IMG/VR virus record: IMGVR_UViG_3300019935_000001
Location: 36,145 to 100,144 of that record
Length of the DNA: 64,000 nt
Source of the DNA: a virus
Taxonomy: Duplodnaviria; Heunggongvirae; Uroviricota; Caudoviricetes
Reading direction: 5' to 3' (one strand)
Shown here: positions 9,270-18,856 of the stretch, in pieces
Layout: each line of letters opens with the position of its first letter
Numbering within the stretch: the stretch's first letter is position 1
Notes under the pieces: generated by a model
What the model was told of the DNA's origin: nothing
Databases searched by the model: none
The model's input: the letters and a program-made list of their open reading frames with translations, nothing else
Program-made: the position numbers and the translations under genes

Positions 9270-12200
9270 CCTGACGCACTACATTGGTTGCCGCACCCAC
9301 TTCAGTCTGGGCGAAAGCATCCTGTCCCCTAAGCGGGCCGTTAATGAGCTGTCCGGCATTGCGCCGAGCATGACGATTACCGACCTGAACTCTGTAAATG
9401 CTCTGCCGAAGTCCTACAAGGAGGCGAAGAGCGACGATTTGAATCTGAATTTTGGCGCTGTCTTTAAGGTCGTTGATGACCTGGAGTGGCGGAAGCCAAA
9501 GAAGGGTGAGAAAAAGACAGTTAACCATTTCTTCTCACCTCGACTGATCGCCAAGAATGTAGATGGCATGAAGGACATCATGCACTTGCTGTCCGTATCG
9601 AATGATGCAGACCACTTCTACATGACACCACAATGCTCCATTGAGGAGCTGATCGAGGCAGCTTCACGCGGCAACGTGTACGTGACCACCGGGGACACGG
9701 ATTCGCTGTTTGCGCACCCGGAATACAGAACAAAGCTAGTGCAGCTGGTACGCGCTCTGAAAGCGTCTGATTTGCTGTTTGAAGTCGTTCCAGTCTGCAC
9801 GGCATATTATGACCGTCTTAACGAAACGACGATCAGAGTTGCAGAGAGACTGTCTGCAGCCATGATCGTCACGCGACCGATCTATTACAGCTCCAGCATG
9901 AGCGGCACCCGCAACGCCATGTACTGCGTGAAGAATCGTAGCCAGGTAACAGAGCGCTGGCGCTCCGAGCCTGCAGTGAACAACCTGCACCCCCTGGTTG
10001 CTGCAGACATGGAGCAGGAGCTGAGCAACCTGATAGATCGAATGGTGCTGCGCGACCTGGATCGTGATGCTGTGACTGAAGCCCTGCACCGCGCTGTCGA
10101 TACCACCAACGCTCTGCCTGAAAAGCTGAACTACGCCTGGGAACCATATGACATCTGTCTACCTTCCATGAGTGATGATCCGTTTGGTGGGCTGGTAGAG
10201 ATCGTAAAGCAAGGCTGGACAGACCGGATCGAAAAGGTGGTATACGGGTTCCAACCAGATCAGAGCCAGCTACCGGAGTATCGGGAGCGCCTGAAGTACG
10301 AACTATCTGTCTTGAAGCGCATGGGCTTTGAGAACTACTTCCTTCTGGTGCATCAGGTGGTGTCGCAGGCTAAATCCATGAACATCATGGTAGGCCCGGG
10401 ACGAGGATCTGTAGGTGGATCACTCGTCGCATTTTTGATGGGGATCACCGATGTTGACCCTATCCGCTTTGGCCTGATCTTTGAACGATTCATCAACCCG
10501 GATCGACTCGACCTTCCTGATGCCGACCTCGACTTTATGTCCTCCCGCCGTGAAGACATCATTAAATGGTTGGTCAAAGAGTATGGCCAGGATTATGTGT
10601 GTGGCATCAGTAACTACGGTGAGCTTGGTGCATCTTCGGCACTAAGGAGCGCAGGTAAGATCCACGGCCTGACCGAAACCGATGTTTCATGCTCCAAACA
10701 GGTGCCGAAAGAGCACGGTTCCAGCAAGTCACTGGAAGAAGCGAGAGAAGAGGTTCCGGCAATCAAGGTCTTCGCAGATAAGCACCCGGAAGTGTGGGCA
10801 GACGCCTGCAACCTGCAGGGCATCTTCAACGTTTACGGCCAGCACGCTGCAGGTGTTGTAGTGGCCGGCGAACCCATCATTGAACGTGCTGTGGTTGAAG
10901 TCCGCAAAGGCGGTCAGCTCTGCAACTGGGACAAAAGCGTGGTCGAAGAGTTCGGCCTGGTTAAGCTCGATGTGTTGGGCCTGAGTAACCTGGATGTACT
11001 GCGCCTGGCAAAGGACTACATCAAAGAGCGTCATGGCGTAGCAATCGACTACGAGGATGTTCCGCTGGATGATCCGGACGTTCTGGCTGCATTCGGTGAG
11101 GGCAAGACAAACGCCGTGTTCCAGTTCGAGTCTGGCGGTATGAAGGGCCTGCTGAAGTCACTGGCAGAGTCCGGAAGCCTGACGTTTGAAGACATCGCAG
11201 CGGCAACCGCTCTATTCCGTCCGGGCCCAATAGACGCTGGCCTGATGGATCAGTATGTCGCCATCAAAAACGGCAACATGACAGAGACGTACCCGCATCC
11301 GATTTGTGAAGGCGCGCTGCGAGAAACATACGGGGTAATGGTCTATCAGGAGCAGGTAATGCAGATCGCTCGGGATCTGTCGGGCTTCTCGATGGCTGAA
11401 GCTGACAAGCTGCGTAAAGCGATCGGTAAGAAAGACGCCGACCTGATGGCATCAATGGGCGAGAAGTTCGTGCAGGGTGCTCAGGAGTCGGGCATGGCCG
11501 AAGTATCTGCACAGGCATTGTGGGATGACATCCTCGGCTTCGCGGCTTACTCCTTCAACAAGTCTCACTCTGTCGCCTACACGATGATCTCCTACCTGAC
11601 GATGTGGCTGAAGGTAAAGTACCCGGCAGAGTTCTTTGCCGCCTCAATGTCGATCCTGAAAGAAGAGAAGCTGCCTGGCCTGGTGCGTGACTGTACCGAA
11701 GCTGGCTTGATCGTAGTGCCCCCGGACATTAACCGCTCCACTGACAGGTTCGAGATTGGCTATGACGGTGCCAGACAGTGTGATTCTCTGATTATCCCGT
11801 TCCAGCGATTGAAGGGTCTATCCGAGAAGGCGAGCGCGGCGATTGTCGAGGCCCGTGAGAAGCGGAAAGAAGAGCAGGGCGATAGTCGCTTTGTTTCAAA
11901 GAATGACTTCCTGGGCTATGTGGTGAAGCGGGTGTGCAATGTCCGGGTACAAAGTGCCCTGGATGCGGTCGGTGCTTTCGCGGAAATCGAAGGTCAGATT
12001 CCAGCTCTGCACCCGGATCGAATCAAAGATCAGAAGACCCTGCTACCGGGACTGATCGCCAGCAATGTGAAGGCGGACAGAAAGATCGACCTGTCACCTT
12101 TCGTTCGGCGGGAGCTGGTCGGGCTGATGCAGGAAGCAAAAGACTGCTGCGAAACCTTCAAGGGTGAAACCGTTGTCGGCCCAGCAATGGCTAAAGGTCG

Positions 12201-12660
12201 CGTACCGAAATTCATGGTCGTGATGGATGCACCGAACTGGGGCGAGAAAGATGCTGGCGTCATGTTGAAGGGAAAAGCCAGCAGAGACGTGCTGACTGCC
12301 CTGGACGAAGCCGGGCTCAAGCCTAGCGAGGGTTACTTTACGGCTCTGTCGAAAATGATGAAGCCGAAAGGTGAGAAGCAGATACCACAGCAAATGCTGA
12401 TCGACTTTGGCCCTATCCTGGCGCAAGAGATCGAGCTGCTGAAGCCACCGGTGATTGTGGCGCTCGGAACGGCTGCGGCCCGCTTCCTTCTGCCTGATCT
12501 GAAAGGTGGTTGGGAAGAGATCGCAGGTACAAGCCACTACGATGCCAAGCGGGACTGCACGGTGGTGATCGGGTGCAACCCGTCAATGGTGTATTTCGAT
12601 CCCGACCGGATCAACATTATCGTGGACGCATTTGAAAAAGCACGGGAGATGACAGAATGA
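9259..12660 (+). CDS. dnaE: DNA polymerase III alpha-subunit-like replicative polymerase (DnaE family) with C-terminal UDG-superfamily-like domain
   Basis: 1133 aa. N-terminal PHP motif HYIGCRTHFSLGESIL. Palm/fingers region GRGSVGGSLVAFLMGITDVDPIRFGLIFERFINPDR. The last roughly 170 aa align to family-4/5 uracil-DNA glycosylases with altered motifs (MDAPN for GEGPG; NPS for HPS). GTG start. Confidence 0.85.
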   Translation: MTFNLTHYIGCRTHFSLGESILSPKRAVNELSGIAPSMTITDLNSVNALPKSYKEAKSDDLNLNFGAVFKVVDDLEWRKPKKGEKKTVNHFFSPRLIAKNVDGMKDIMHLLSVSNDADHFYMTPQCSIEELIEAASRGNVYVTTGDTDSLFAHPEYRTKLVQLVRALKASDLLFEVVPVCTAYYDRLNETTIRVAERLSAAMIVTRPIYYSSSMSGTRNAMYCVKNRSQVTERWRSEPAVNNLHPLVAADMEQELSNLIDRMVLRDLDRDAVTEALHRAVDTTNALPEKLNYAWEPYDICLPSMSDDPFGGLVEIVKQGWTDRIEKVVYGFQPDQSQLPEYRERLKYELSVLKRMGFENYFLLVHQVVSQAKSMNIMVGPGRGSVGGSLVAFLMGITDVDPIRFGLIFERFINPDRLDLPDADLDFMSSRREDIIKWLVKEYGQDYVCGISNYGELGASSALRSAGKIHGLTETDVSCSKQVPKEHGSSKSLEEAREEVPAIKVFADKHPEVWADACNLQGIFNVYGQHAAGVVVAGEPIIERAVVEVRKGGQLCNWDKSVVEEFGLVKLDVLGLSNLDVLRLAKDYIKERHGVAIDYEDVPLDDPDVLAAFGEGKTNAVFQFESGGMKGLLKSLAESGSLTFEDIAAATALFRPGPIDAGLMDQYVAIKNGNMTETYPHPICEGALRETYGVMVYQEQVMQIARDLSGFSMAEADKLRKAIGKKDADLMASMGEKFVQGAQESGMAEVSAQALWDDILGFAAYSFNKSHSVAYTMISYLTMWLKVKYPAEFFAASMSILKEEKLPGLVRDCTEAGLIVVPPDINRSTDRFEIGYDGARQCDSLIIPFQRLKGLSEKASAAIVEAREKRKEEQGDSRFVSKNDFLGYVVKRVCNVRVQSALDAVGAFAEIEGQIPALHPDRIKDQKTLLPGLIASNVKADRKIDLSPFVRRELVGLMQEAKDCCETFKGETVVGPAMAKGRVPKFMVVMDAPNWGEKDAGVMLKGKASRDVLTALDEAGLKPSEGYFTALSKMMKPKGEKQIPQQMLIDFGPILAQEIELLKPPVIVALGTAAARFLLPDLKGGWEEIAGTSHYDAKRDCTVVIGCNPSMVYFDPDRINIIVDAFEKAREMTE

Positions 12661-12905
12661 AGATCTATGTGAAAATTGTAGTAATGATCCTGCTGTTTGT
12701 GTCAATGGTATCATCTCTACAGCTCAGTATTGCCGTGGCCACGTTTGTGGCATCGGGTATTGTAAGCGGGTTGGTATTTGGCGTGATGCCGGGCGGTGAC
12801 AACCGATACCTTTGCAAGTTTATAGTGTTGTGCGCAGCTGTAATGGCTTACTGGGGCATGATTGTTACCTTGGTTATTCTCGCTTCTTTATACCTAAATA
12901 AATAA
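12657..12905 (+). CDS. Small integral membrane protein
   Basis: 82 aa, two to three hydrophobic helices. ATGA start/stop overlap with dnaE. Confidence 0.45.
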   Translation: MKIYVKIVVMILLFVSMVSSLQLSIAVATFVASGIVSGLVFGVMPGGDNRYLCKFIVLCAAVMAYWGMIVTLVILASLYLNK

Positions 12906-12922
12906 GTCAGAACTTACTTTTA
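12902..12922. promoter_or_regulatory. Copy of the genome-wide palindromic promoter/operator element (ATAAGTCAG-N2-CTTACTTTTA)
   Basis: Matches the TAAGTCAG..CTGACTTA family. Followed by a 12-bp-stem hairpin (12924-12960) and the conserved ACACAC..GAGAC leader of the 12987 gene. Confidence 0.5.
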
Positions 12923-12986
12923 ATCGACGCTGCTTTTTATTAGTATAAGCAGCGTCGATTGAGACAACACACACGAGAGACAAGCT

Positions 12987-13574
12987 ATGACCACAGATAT
13001 TTCAGATGCCGAGTTAGACGCTATCGCAGCCGAAGCTCTGGCGGAAGAAGGTCTTGAAGAGGTGGAAACTCCGGCTCCGAAAAGGCAAGCGAATCCAGTG
13101 AAGACGTTCATCAAGCAGAGCCAGCTGAAAGAAGACCTTACGTTCTCTCAGCATAACCTGAACGATGCAATGATGAACCAGGCTTCACTGTATTCGTTCT
13201 ATTCCTCCTGCTCAGCGAAGGCACAGCTGCAGGCTGACCGAATGAAAGTTGAAGTGGAGCGAGTAGAGGCGCAGATCGACAATGAGCTGCGCGAAGAAGC
13301 GAATCAGGATGGCAAGAAGGTAACTGAAGCGTTGCTGGCTAAGCAGATCCGCCTGGACCCACGTTATCAGAGGGCTGTTTCTAACCACAACGAAGCGAAG
13401 ATGGTTGCGTCAATGACAAAATCGACCACAGATGCCTTCGCTCAGCGCCGGGATATGCTGGTGCAGTTGGGCAAAGATCAGCGTGAAGAGCGCCTGGGTG
13501 AGTTGCGCGAACGAGCTAATCAGGAGCGGATGACAGACCTCAAAGACGCAGCAATGAGTAAAGTAGGGCGCTGA
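12987..13574 (+). CDS. Hypothetical coiled-coil protein
   Basis: 195 aa. Conserved leader CAACACACACGAGAGAC before ATGACC. Confidence 0.5.
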   Translation: MTTDISDAELDAIAAEALAEEGLEEVETPAPKRQANPVKTFIKQSQLKEDLTFSQHNLNDAMMNQASLYSFYSSCSAKAQLQADRMKVEVERVEAQIDNELREEANQDGKKVTEALLAKQIRLDPRYQRAVSNHNEAKMVASMTKSTTDAFAQRRDMLVQLGKDQREERLGELRERANQERMTDLKDAAMSKVGR

Positions 13575-13603
13575 TTGGTATAGAGCTGGTAACTACGTTG
13601 CCA

Positions 13604-13625
13604 GCTCTATAAATAAGTCAGATCT
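13604..13625. promoter_or_regulatory. Palindromic promoter/operator element (ATAAGTCAGATCTTACTTATAA)
   Basis: Member of the repeated TAAGTCAG/CTGACTTA family, 70 nt upstream of the SSB gene. Confidence 0.5.
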
Positions 13626-13695
13626 TACTTATAATTCGTTTTGTCACTGACTGACATACACGAAAACACAACACTACTGAACAAGGCTTAACACT

Positions 13696-14607
13696 ATGTC
13701 TAAAATGTCCATCAAAGACCTGATCGCTCAAAAACAGAAAGACATCTCCGCTAAGAAAGGTCGTGCTCGCACCTGGAAGCCGAAGCCGGGTAAATCCCGT
13801 GTTCGCATTCTGCCAAGCTGGCGCGGTCTGGACGATCCTCACTTCTTCCACGACTTCGGTGTTCACTTCGTTAAGAACGAAAAGAAAGAAACCGATGCAA
13901 TCTACCTGTGTACTGAAGCGACTTTCGGCAAAGAGTGTCCAGTATGTCAGGCGATTGGCCAGGGCATCAAAAACTCTAATGATGATGACCAGATCAAGCT
14001 GCTGAAGTCTGCGAACGCCGGTCAGCGTTACCTGATGAACGTACTGGTTCTGTCCGAAGATGACATTAAGAGCGAGCCGCAGATCATGGAAGTGGGCACC
14101 ACAGTGTTCGAGTCCATCTGTGAAATCATCTCTGAGTACGACGACATTACCAAGCTGGAAGGCGGTGTAGATCTGGTGATCACACGCGAAGGCTCCGGTC
14201 AGTTCGATACCAAGTACACAGTAATGCCTGCTCCGAAGTCTGTGAAGGTGCCGGAATCTGTGTATCAGAAAGTCCACAACCTGGATGAATACGTTGCTCA
14301 GGAGAACGAAGAGAGCCGTAACAAGGCTGTTGCTGCAGTAAGTCGTGCAGCTGGCTTCATGCTCGCAAGCGACGACTCATTCGGTGGCCCAGCTAATGCA
14401 CTGCCAGGCGGCAAAACAGCTGCACTGCCAGACGCTGAGATGGGCTCTGTAATGGACGACATCGATCTGGATGGCATCGAAGATGCTGAAGTTATCGAGT
14501 CTCCTGCTGCAGAAGCGGTGACTGAGCCGATGGGTACATCAAGCGAGGAGGTTGCAACCGACTTCGATGATGATGAACTGGACGATCTGCTGGCTGACTT
14601 GGGCTAA
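13696..14607 (+). CDS. Single-stranded DNA-binding protein, T4 gp32-like
   Basis: 303 aa. Zn-binding CPVCQ plus His. RVRILPSWRG and YLMNVLVL parallel gp32 AVIRFLPS and YWANILVV. Strongly acidic C-terminal tail DFDDDELDDLLADLG. Confidence 0.7.
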   Translation: MSKMSIKDLIAQKQKDISAKKGRARTWKPKPGKSRVRILPSWRGLDDPHFFHDFGVHFVKNEKKETDAIYLCTEATFGKECPVCQAIGQGIKNSNDDDQIKLLKSANAGQRYLMNVLVLSEDDIKSEPQIMEVGTTVFESICEIISEYDDITKLEGGVDLVITREGSGQFDTKYTVMPAPKSVKVPESVYQKVHNLDEYVAQENEESRNKAVAAVSRAAGFMLASDDSFGGPANALPGGKTAALPDAEMGSVMDDIDLDGIEDAEVIESPAAEAVTEPMGTSSEEVATDFDDDELDDLLADLG

Positions 14608-14621
14608 TCAAAGCTGAACAG

Positions 14622-14648
14622 AAGGGGCCGAAAGGCCCTTTCTTCTTC
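14622..14648 (+). terminator. Rho-independent terminator after the SSB gene
   Basis: GGGCC-GAAA-GGCCC hairpin followed by TTTCTTCTTC. Confidence 0.6.
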
Positions 14649-14659
14649 TGGAGACACCA

Positions 14660-15619
14660 ATGACTAAATCTTTCATGCTCATTGATGGAAACAGCCTTGG
14701 TTACGCTGCAGCAAATGCTTCACCGCTGAGCGCAAACGGCCAGCCGGTTCACGCCATTTTTCATACCCTGAAAATGATCCGCTCTGCCATCAACACCTGG
14801 AGCGACGAGTACCGCACTCCGCTCATTCTGTGGGACGGCAAAGAGTATTGGCGTAAAGACCTGTACCCGGAGTACAAGCAGCGCGATGACAACAACGAGA
14901 AGGCAAAAGCTGTCAGTGAAGACTACAAGCGCCAGCGCCCGGAGCTGATCAAGGCTCTGAAGATGCTGGGGCTGACCCAGATGATCGGTCGCAACTATGA
15001 GGCTGACGATCTGGCGGGCTATATCAGCCGTTTCTTTTCGGCAAAAGGGTACAAGGTGTTGCTGGTATCGGGCGACAAAGATTGGATTCAGCTGGTTAAC
15101 AGAAACGTGACCTGGTTCGATCCTATCAGAGATCGCAAATGCACCCGCAACACCATTGAAGATCTGACAGGCTTTGCATCCCCGGCAGACTTTCTGCAGG
15201 GCAAAGCTCTGATAGGTGACACCTCGGATAACATTCCGGGTATCGACGGTATCGGCCCTAAAGCTGCACCGTTGATCATGCAAGAGTTCGGCGGCGTTGA
15301 GGGTCTATTCGAGGCTTTCAATACGCACGGCGAGCTGGACAAGAAAGCAGGCACACTGCCTGAATCTATGAGCCGCTACCGCAAGAAGATTAACGCCTTC
15401 TGTAGCTCTCAGGAACTGCGCGACCGGTACGATCTGAATATTAAGCTGATGAACCTGCTTGATGTTCAGCTATCAATGAGCGATCTGACCACCGTTCAAT
15501 CCGAACCGAACATGTTGGCATTCCGGGAGTTCTGCGAGTACCACGCTTTCGCCTCCATTCTGCGCAATATGCGTGACTGGGAGCGCCTTTTCAAAAACAC
15601 ACTAGAGACGAAATCATGA
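14660..15619 (+). CDS. 5'-3' exonuclease / flap endonuclease (RNase H-like, PIN + H3TH)
   Basis: 319 aa. LIDGNSL, DKDWIQL and GIDGIGPKAA (H3TH) motifs typical of Pol I 5' nuclease / T4 RNase H. Confidence 0.8.
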   Translation: MTKSFMLIDGNSLGYAAANASPLSANGQPVHAIFHTLKMIRSAINTWSDEYRTPLILWDGKEYWRKDLYPEYKQRDDNNEKAKAVSEDYKRQRPELIKALKMLGLTQMIGRNYEADDLAGYISRFFSAKGYKVLLVSGDKDWIQLVNRNVTWFDPIRDRKCTRNTIEDLTGFASPADFLQGKALIGDTSDNIPGIDGIGPKAAPLIMQEFGGVEGLFEAFNTHGELDKKAGTLPESMSRYRKKINAFCSSQELRDRYDLNIKLMNLLDVQLSMSDLTTVQSEPNMLAFREFCEYHAFASILRNMRDWERLFKNTLETKS

Positions 15620-16671
15620 GTCAATTCGATGCCCTGTTCGACGCAATTGGTGAGAACGACGAGCGCCAGTCTGTATCCATTTACCTGGATTCCGGCGTAC
15701 CGGAGCTGAACCATGCAGTATCAGGCCGATACCGCGGTGGCTTCGCTGTCGGTCGCCTGTACGAGATCTTTGGCCCTGAATCATGCGGCAAGACTTTCCT
15801 GTCTACCATGCTGATGATCCAGGCTCAGAAGATGGATGGCTTTGCAGGCTTCTCCGATCACGAGCGCAGCTTTGAAGATGGACTGGCTCAGAAGCTGGGC
15901 CTCGAAACCGGCAAGGGTGCTGCATGGGCCTATCGTCGCCCGGACACCCTGGAAGAGTCCTTTGATACGGCTATCGAAGCGATGGCGACGATCCGTGAGA
16001 AGGGGCTGATCCCGGACGAAGCACCGATTGTATGGACGTTCGACTCCATTGCCTCAATGGTTCCGCACTCCGTCCTCTACGACAAGGAAGGCAAGCGCCG
16101 AAAACTGACCTCCCTGAACATGCGTGACAACCTGGGCCTGGCAAAGTCTCTGTCAGATGCGCTGAAACAGTTGTCGGTATTCGCTAACGACTATAACGCG
16201 CTCTGTCTGCTGCTGAATCAGATTCGATTAGATCCGGGAATTATGTTCGGTGATCCGAACGTAACGCCGGGCGGCAAAGCTGCAAAGTTCTACTGTTCAG
16301 GCCGTGTAAGTCTGGGCAAAAAGCACCTGAAAGAAGACAAGAAGGAAACTAAGAAGCTGACCGGTGCCATCGTTTCTGCCCGCACGGTGAAAAACAAAAT
16401 TGTGCACGAAGGCGAAGATGCTCAATGGCGTATGCAGTTCCTGTCCGGTGGTCAGACTATCGTGGACAAGATTGGTACTCTGCTGGACTACTGCATTCGT
16501 GAGAGCTTCATCAAACGTTCTGGTGCTTACCTGGAGTGGGACGGCAAGAAGATCTATGCGAGCCAGCTGAAAACTCAACTGGAGGCTGCTGATGATGGGT
16601 ACGAACAGCTGCTGGCCCTGCTGCCAGAAGACGTTGATCCTGAAGACGGCGATCTGCTGGATGATGTTTGA
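15616..16671 (+). CDS. RecA/UvsX-like recombinase
   Basis: 351 aa. Walker A GPESCGKT (RecA GPESSGKT). ATGA overlap with the FEN gene. Confidence 0.8.
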   Translation: MSQFDALFDAIGENDERQSVSIYLDSGVPELNHAVSGRYRGGFAVGRLYEIFGPESCGKTFLSTMLMIQAQKMDGFAGFSDHERSFEDGLAQKLGLETGKGAAWAYRRPDTLEESFDTAIEAMATIREKGLIPDEAPIVWTFDSIASMVPHSVLYDKEGKRRKLTSLNMRDNLGLAKSLSDALKQLSVFANDYNALCLLLNQIRLDPGIMFGDPNVTPGGKAAKFYCSGRVSLGKKHLKEDKKETKKLTGAIVSARTVKNKIVHEGEDAQWRMQFLSGGQTIVDKIGTLLDYCIRESFIKRSGAYLEWDGKKIYASQLKTQLEAADDGYEQLLALLPEDVDPEDGDLLDDV

Positions 16672-16674
16672 GCC

Positions 16675-16878
16675 ATGCACAAAGCCAAAAGGCTGGGGCG
16701 TCTACACGTAGTCCTGCGTGCTGAACGGGAACTCTGGTACGACACACTGGGTACCGGAGCCAGGGTTTACAAACTGCTTGGCCTTAGTTGGTATCGACAC
16801 AAGCAGTTCCGGTCCAAAGTGTGGGCAGTAACGCTGCCGTTTATTTCTCTGCACATCACCTGGTTGAAGTTCACCTAA
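16675..16878 (+). CDS. Hypothetical small basic protein
   Basis: 67-aa ORF immediately after recA-like gene. No clear RBS. Confidence 0.2.
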   Translation: MHKAKRLGRLHVVLRAERELWYDTLGTGARVYKLLGLSWYRHKQFRSKVWAVTLPFISLHITWLKFT

Positions 16879-16888
16879 CCAGACCAAT

Positions 16889-16935
16889 CTGCTGCTGACC
16901 TCAGACCTTTACAAGATTCTGAGGTCAGCAGCAGA
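16889..16935. repeat. Perfect 18-bp inverted repeat hairpin (TCTGCTGCTGACCTCAGA ... TCTGAGGTCAGCAGCAGA)
   Basis: 18/18 complementary arms with an 11-nt loop and no flanking U-run. A possible factor-dependent terminator or protein-binding palindrome between the recA-like operon and the IS element. Confidence 0.5.
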
Positions 16936-17075
16936 CCCTTTCCTCGTCCAAGTAGATGACTTGGCTGGTACGAGACATCTGGAAACGCGCAATGTCTCAG
17001 CTGCCTGCATGGTACTGTGAGCACCCTCCGATCAACGGTTACAAAGCGACTCATCATCGTTGCCAAGGCTGGAGG

Positions 17076-18368
17076 GTGTTCACCGTTCTGTGTCACCGTT
17101 TTATTCACAGGTCGACATACTGGTCGATTCTGTCAGGGAAGTGGATGCTCAGCTGAGACAGCGTGAGGTTCCAGTTCTGCACTGGATGCGTCCACTTCTC
17201 TGAGGCCCTCAATATGCCCGCATAGAGCAGCTTCAGCAGGCTGTTTTCATTGGCGAAGCCACCCTTGGTTTTGGTCAGTTTCCGGAACTGACGGTGCACG
17301 GCCTCAACTGCATTGGTCGTGTAGATCGCACGCCTTACCTGTTCCGGGTACTTGAAGTACACCGACAGGTTCTCCCACTTGCTACGCCATGACTTGATGA
17401 CCAGCGGGTACTGTTTCCCCCACTTTGCCTCCAGCTCGTCCAGCGCCTGCTCTGCGGCGTTTCGCGTCGCCGCCTTGTAGACGCATTTCAGATCCACCAT
17501 AAATGCCTTCTGATTCTTGCTGGCGACGTACTTCATGGAGTTGCGGATCTGGTGAACAATACACAGCTGTACTTCTGTTTCCGGATAGATGCTTTCGATC
17601 GCTTCAGGAAAGCCTTTCAGACCATCCACAGAGGCAATAAGGATGTCTTTCAGACCTCGATTCTGCAGATCTGTCAGGACGCTGAGCCAGTAATGTGCAC
17701 CTTCATTTTCAGACAGATAGAGTCCCAGCAGCTCCTTCTTACCTTCGATGGTTAGCCCAAGAATGGTGTACACCGCTTTGGAGATGAAACGACCATTCTC
17801 TTTCACTTTGTAGTGAATGGCATCCAGCCAGACAAAAGGGTATACCGGCTCCAGATCACGCTCTTGCCAGGCTTTAAGCTCCGGCACCAGGCGATCAGTT
17901 ACGGCGTTAATCATGCCGTTGGAGACGCTCATACCGTACATTTCACAGATATGGTCACGGATGTTCTGGTAACTGCTGCCTAATGCAAACAGAGACAGTA
18001 TCTTGCCTTCCATTTCATCAGTCAGACGGGTCTGATATTTCCTGACAGTCTGGGGCTCAAATGAGCCATTGCGATCTCTCGGCGTCTCCAGCTCGAACTC
18101 GCCAGCAGCGGTTTTGACTGTTTTCTTTGAGGTGCCATTTTTCCGATTGGCGGCCGGATTTTCTGCAAGGTGCTCATCAATCTCTGCACCCAATGCGGCT
18201 TCAGTGATCTGTTTGATCAGTGGTGTCAGGAGGCCATCCTTGCCATTGAGGTTCTGTCCAGATTGCAGCGCTTTGGCAAACGCCTGAATATCGATTTCGT
18301 ACTTGTCAGACATGATGTGTCGCTCCCCGTTTCACTCAGTGTAGGAAACGACACAGAACTCTGAACAC
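17076..18368 (-). mobile_element. IS256-family insertion sequence (about 1.29 kb)
   Basis: Mutator/IS256-type transposase flanked by imperfect terminal inverted repeats (17076 GTGTTCACCGTTCTGTGTCACC... vs reverse complement of 18368 GTGTTCAGAGTTCTGTGTCGTT...; 17 of the first 19 positions identical). No target-site duplication could be identified. Confidence 0.7.
17105..18313 (-). CDS. IS256-family (mutator-type) transposase
   Basis: 402 aa spanning nearly the whole element. Typical IS256 transposase conserved blocks (..WLDAIHYKVKENGR.., ..CIVHQIRNSMKYV.., YTTNAVE). Confidence 0.9.
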   Translation of the reverse strand: MSDKYEIDIQAFAKALQSGQNLNGKDGLLTPLIKQITEAALGAEIDEHLAENPAANRKNGTSKKTVKTAAGEFELETPRDRNGSFEPQTVRKYQTRLTDEMEGKILSLFALGSSYQNIRDHICEMYGMSVSNGMINAVTDRLVPELKAWQERDLEPVYPFVWLDAIHYKVKENGRFISKAVYTILGLTIEGKKELLGLYLSENEGAHYWLSVLTDLQNRGLKDILIASVDGLKGFPEAIESIYPETEVQLCIVHQIRNSMKYVASKNQKAFMVDLKCVYKAATRNAAEQALDELEAKWGKQYPLVIKSWRSKWENLSVYFKYPEQVRRAIYTTNAVEAVHRQFRKLTKTKGGFANENSLLKLLYAGILRASEKWTHPVQNWNLTLSQLSIHFPDRIDQYVDL

Positions 18369-18394
18369 TACCGCACCACTAAATTATGACCTTT

Positions 18395-18856
18395 TTATTG
18401 AGGAGAGCTGCTTGCGTCGAGCGTCTTTGTAGCGTAAGACAAAAACTTCTGCCCATTGCATTCAAAAAACACACCGTTTCCGATTGTTATTATATTAACC
18501 TTGCTGTTCCTTATTTCTGAAAACTTTGACCTTGCCTTAAATGAAAATAATCCTTGTGACTTTTTATACAATGTTGCTGCATAATGTGAAATCTCATATA
18601 TAGTTGATCTTATGCTTGCATCCATTATTTCATTATTAGATATAAGCGCATTGTTCGCCATACCTATTGTTCTTTTTTGTGATGTTTCAATAAGTATATC
18701 TAAATCAGTAGATTTGTTAGTTATTAATGATATTATCTCATGTAAGTCCAAACCTATTGAAACAGAATTTCCCTTTGTGTGTATTTTTCTTAATTCTGAA
18801 AAAAGTTCTGCAGCAGCAATAACTTTACTATCTAGCTCCATTATGGTGTAGTTCAT
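18395..18856 (-). CDS. AT-rich orphan gene, hypothetical protein (probable horizontally acquired cargo next to the IS)
   Basis: 153-aa ORF in a roughly 30% GC island (18380-18950), against about 50% GC elsewhere. No recognisable motif. Confidence 0.45.
   Translation of the reverse strand: MNYTIMELDSKVIAAAELFSELRKIHTKGNSVSIGLDLHEIISLITNKSTDLDILIETSQKRTIGMANNALISNNEIMDASIRSTIYEISHYAATLYKKSQGLFSFKARSKFSEIRNSKVNIITIGNGVFFECNGQKFLSYATKTLDASSSPQ

Noticed and set aside
13618-14277. Long antisense ORFs opposite strong genes (13618..14277, 14720..15283, 21506..22369, 32561..33511, 60999..62261, 62971..63627 and similar)
   Set aside because: Each lies entirely antisense to a gene with clear homology (SSB, FEN, SbcC, ThyA, helicase, ParB-like) and has no start context or leader motif. 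These are typical shadow ORFs.
17060-18385. Target-site duplication flanking the IS256-family element
   Set aside because: The 8-9-bp sequences flanking the inferred ends (for example GCTGGAGG vs TACCGCAC) do not match under several boundary choices, so no target-site duplication is reported.
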